Assembly: GCF_009914755.1 (NCBI RefSeq)
Contig: NC_060937.1
Length of the DNA stretch: 64,000 nt
Reading direction: 5' to 3' (one strand)
DNA from: the human T2T-CHM13v2.0 reference genome, Homo sapiens
The notes beneath the pieces were generated by a model, which was not told where the DNA came from, made no database searches, and saw only the letters and a program-made list of their open reading frames with translations. The translations under genes were made by a program, and so were the position numbers. Position 1 is the first letter of the stretch, and every line of letters begins with the position of its first letter. Below, piece after piece: positions 1-64,000 of the stretch.

Positions 1-249
1 AAGACATTTTTGGAATTTTAGAATTACATTTGAGTTGTCTGAAAAAATACAATTTCAATGAAAAATCATATCACGCATTCAAGAGTATATTGCTGGTGCT
101 ATAATCTTTTTGCATGTCTTTGTTTTCATAGAAAAAAATCAGTAAAATAACATGTCTAAGACTTTTAAATGGTTAAATGTAACCACATACTATTAATGAT
201 ATGCCTCATGCACACACACACTCAAACTCAAAACATGAAGGAAACAGGA
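1..249 (-). other. TMTC4: Proximal TMTC4 3' UTR (continues beyond window)
   Basis: AT-rich sequence directly after the stop codon; no minus-strand AATAAA seen in this stretch. Confidence 0.85.
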
Positions 250-63945
<63,696 letters not shown>

Positions 63946-64000
63946 TCTGAAAACTGCAGGTTGGTGGCTCCCGGCTCCAGCATTATGCTGGTTAGGAATC

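Overview
This is primate (very likely human) genomic DNA, rich in Alu, L1, SVA and MaLR elements. Almost the whole window is the minus-strand gene TMTC4, an ER protein O-mannosyltransferase with a GT-C transmembrane region and C-terminal TPRs. I traced 17 coding exons by hand, all separated by GT-AG introns. From the ATG at 63945 to the TGA at 250 they sum to 2226 nt (741 aa + stop), and the frame stays open upstream to the window edge. The introns hold about 30 Alu-family elements, a nested L1/Alu/SVA cluster, a COX5B processed pseudogene interrupted by an AluY, THE1/MLT1 LTRs, DNA-transposon remnants, microsatellites and a 47-bp minisatellite. Most ORFs in the supplied track are Alu-derived, antisense shadows or exon read-throughs. 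I see no novel multi-gene system. The most notable unexplained structures are: (i) a 114-bp-arm, 96%-identical inverted repeat of apparently non-TE sequence at 57310-57560; (ii) an old local duplication that predates a Tigger3 insertion; (iii) a 22-nt apparent templated insertion; (iv) apparent re-use of one L1-endonuclease target site by an L1 and then an SVA. Repeat subfamily calls are by eye and repeat boundaries are approximate.
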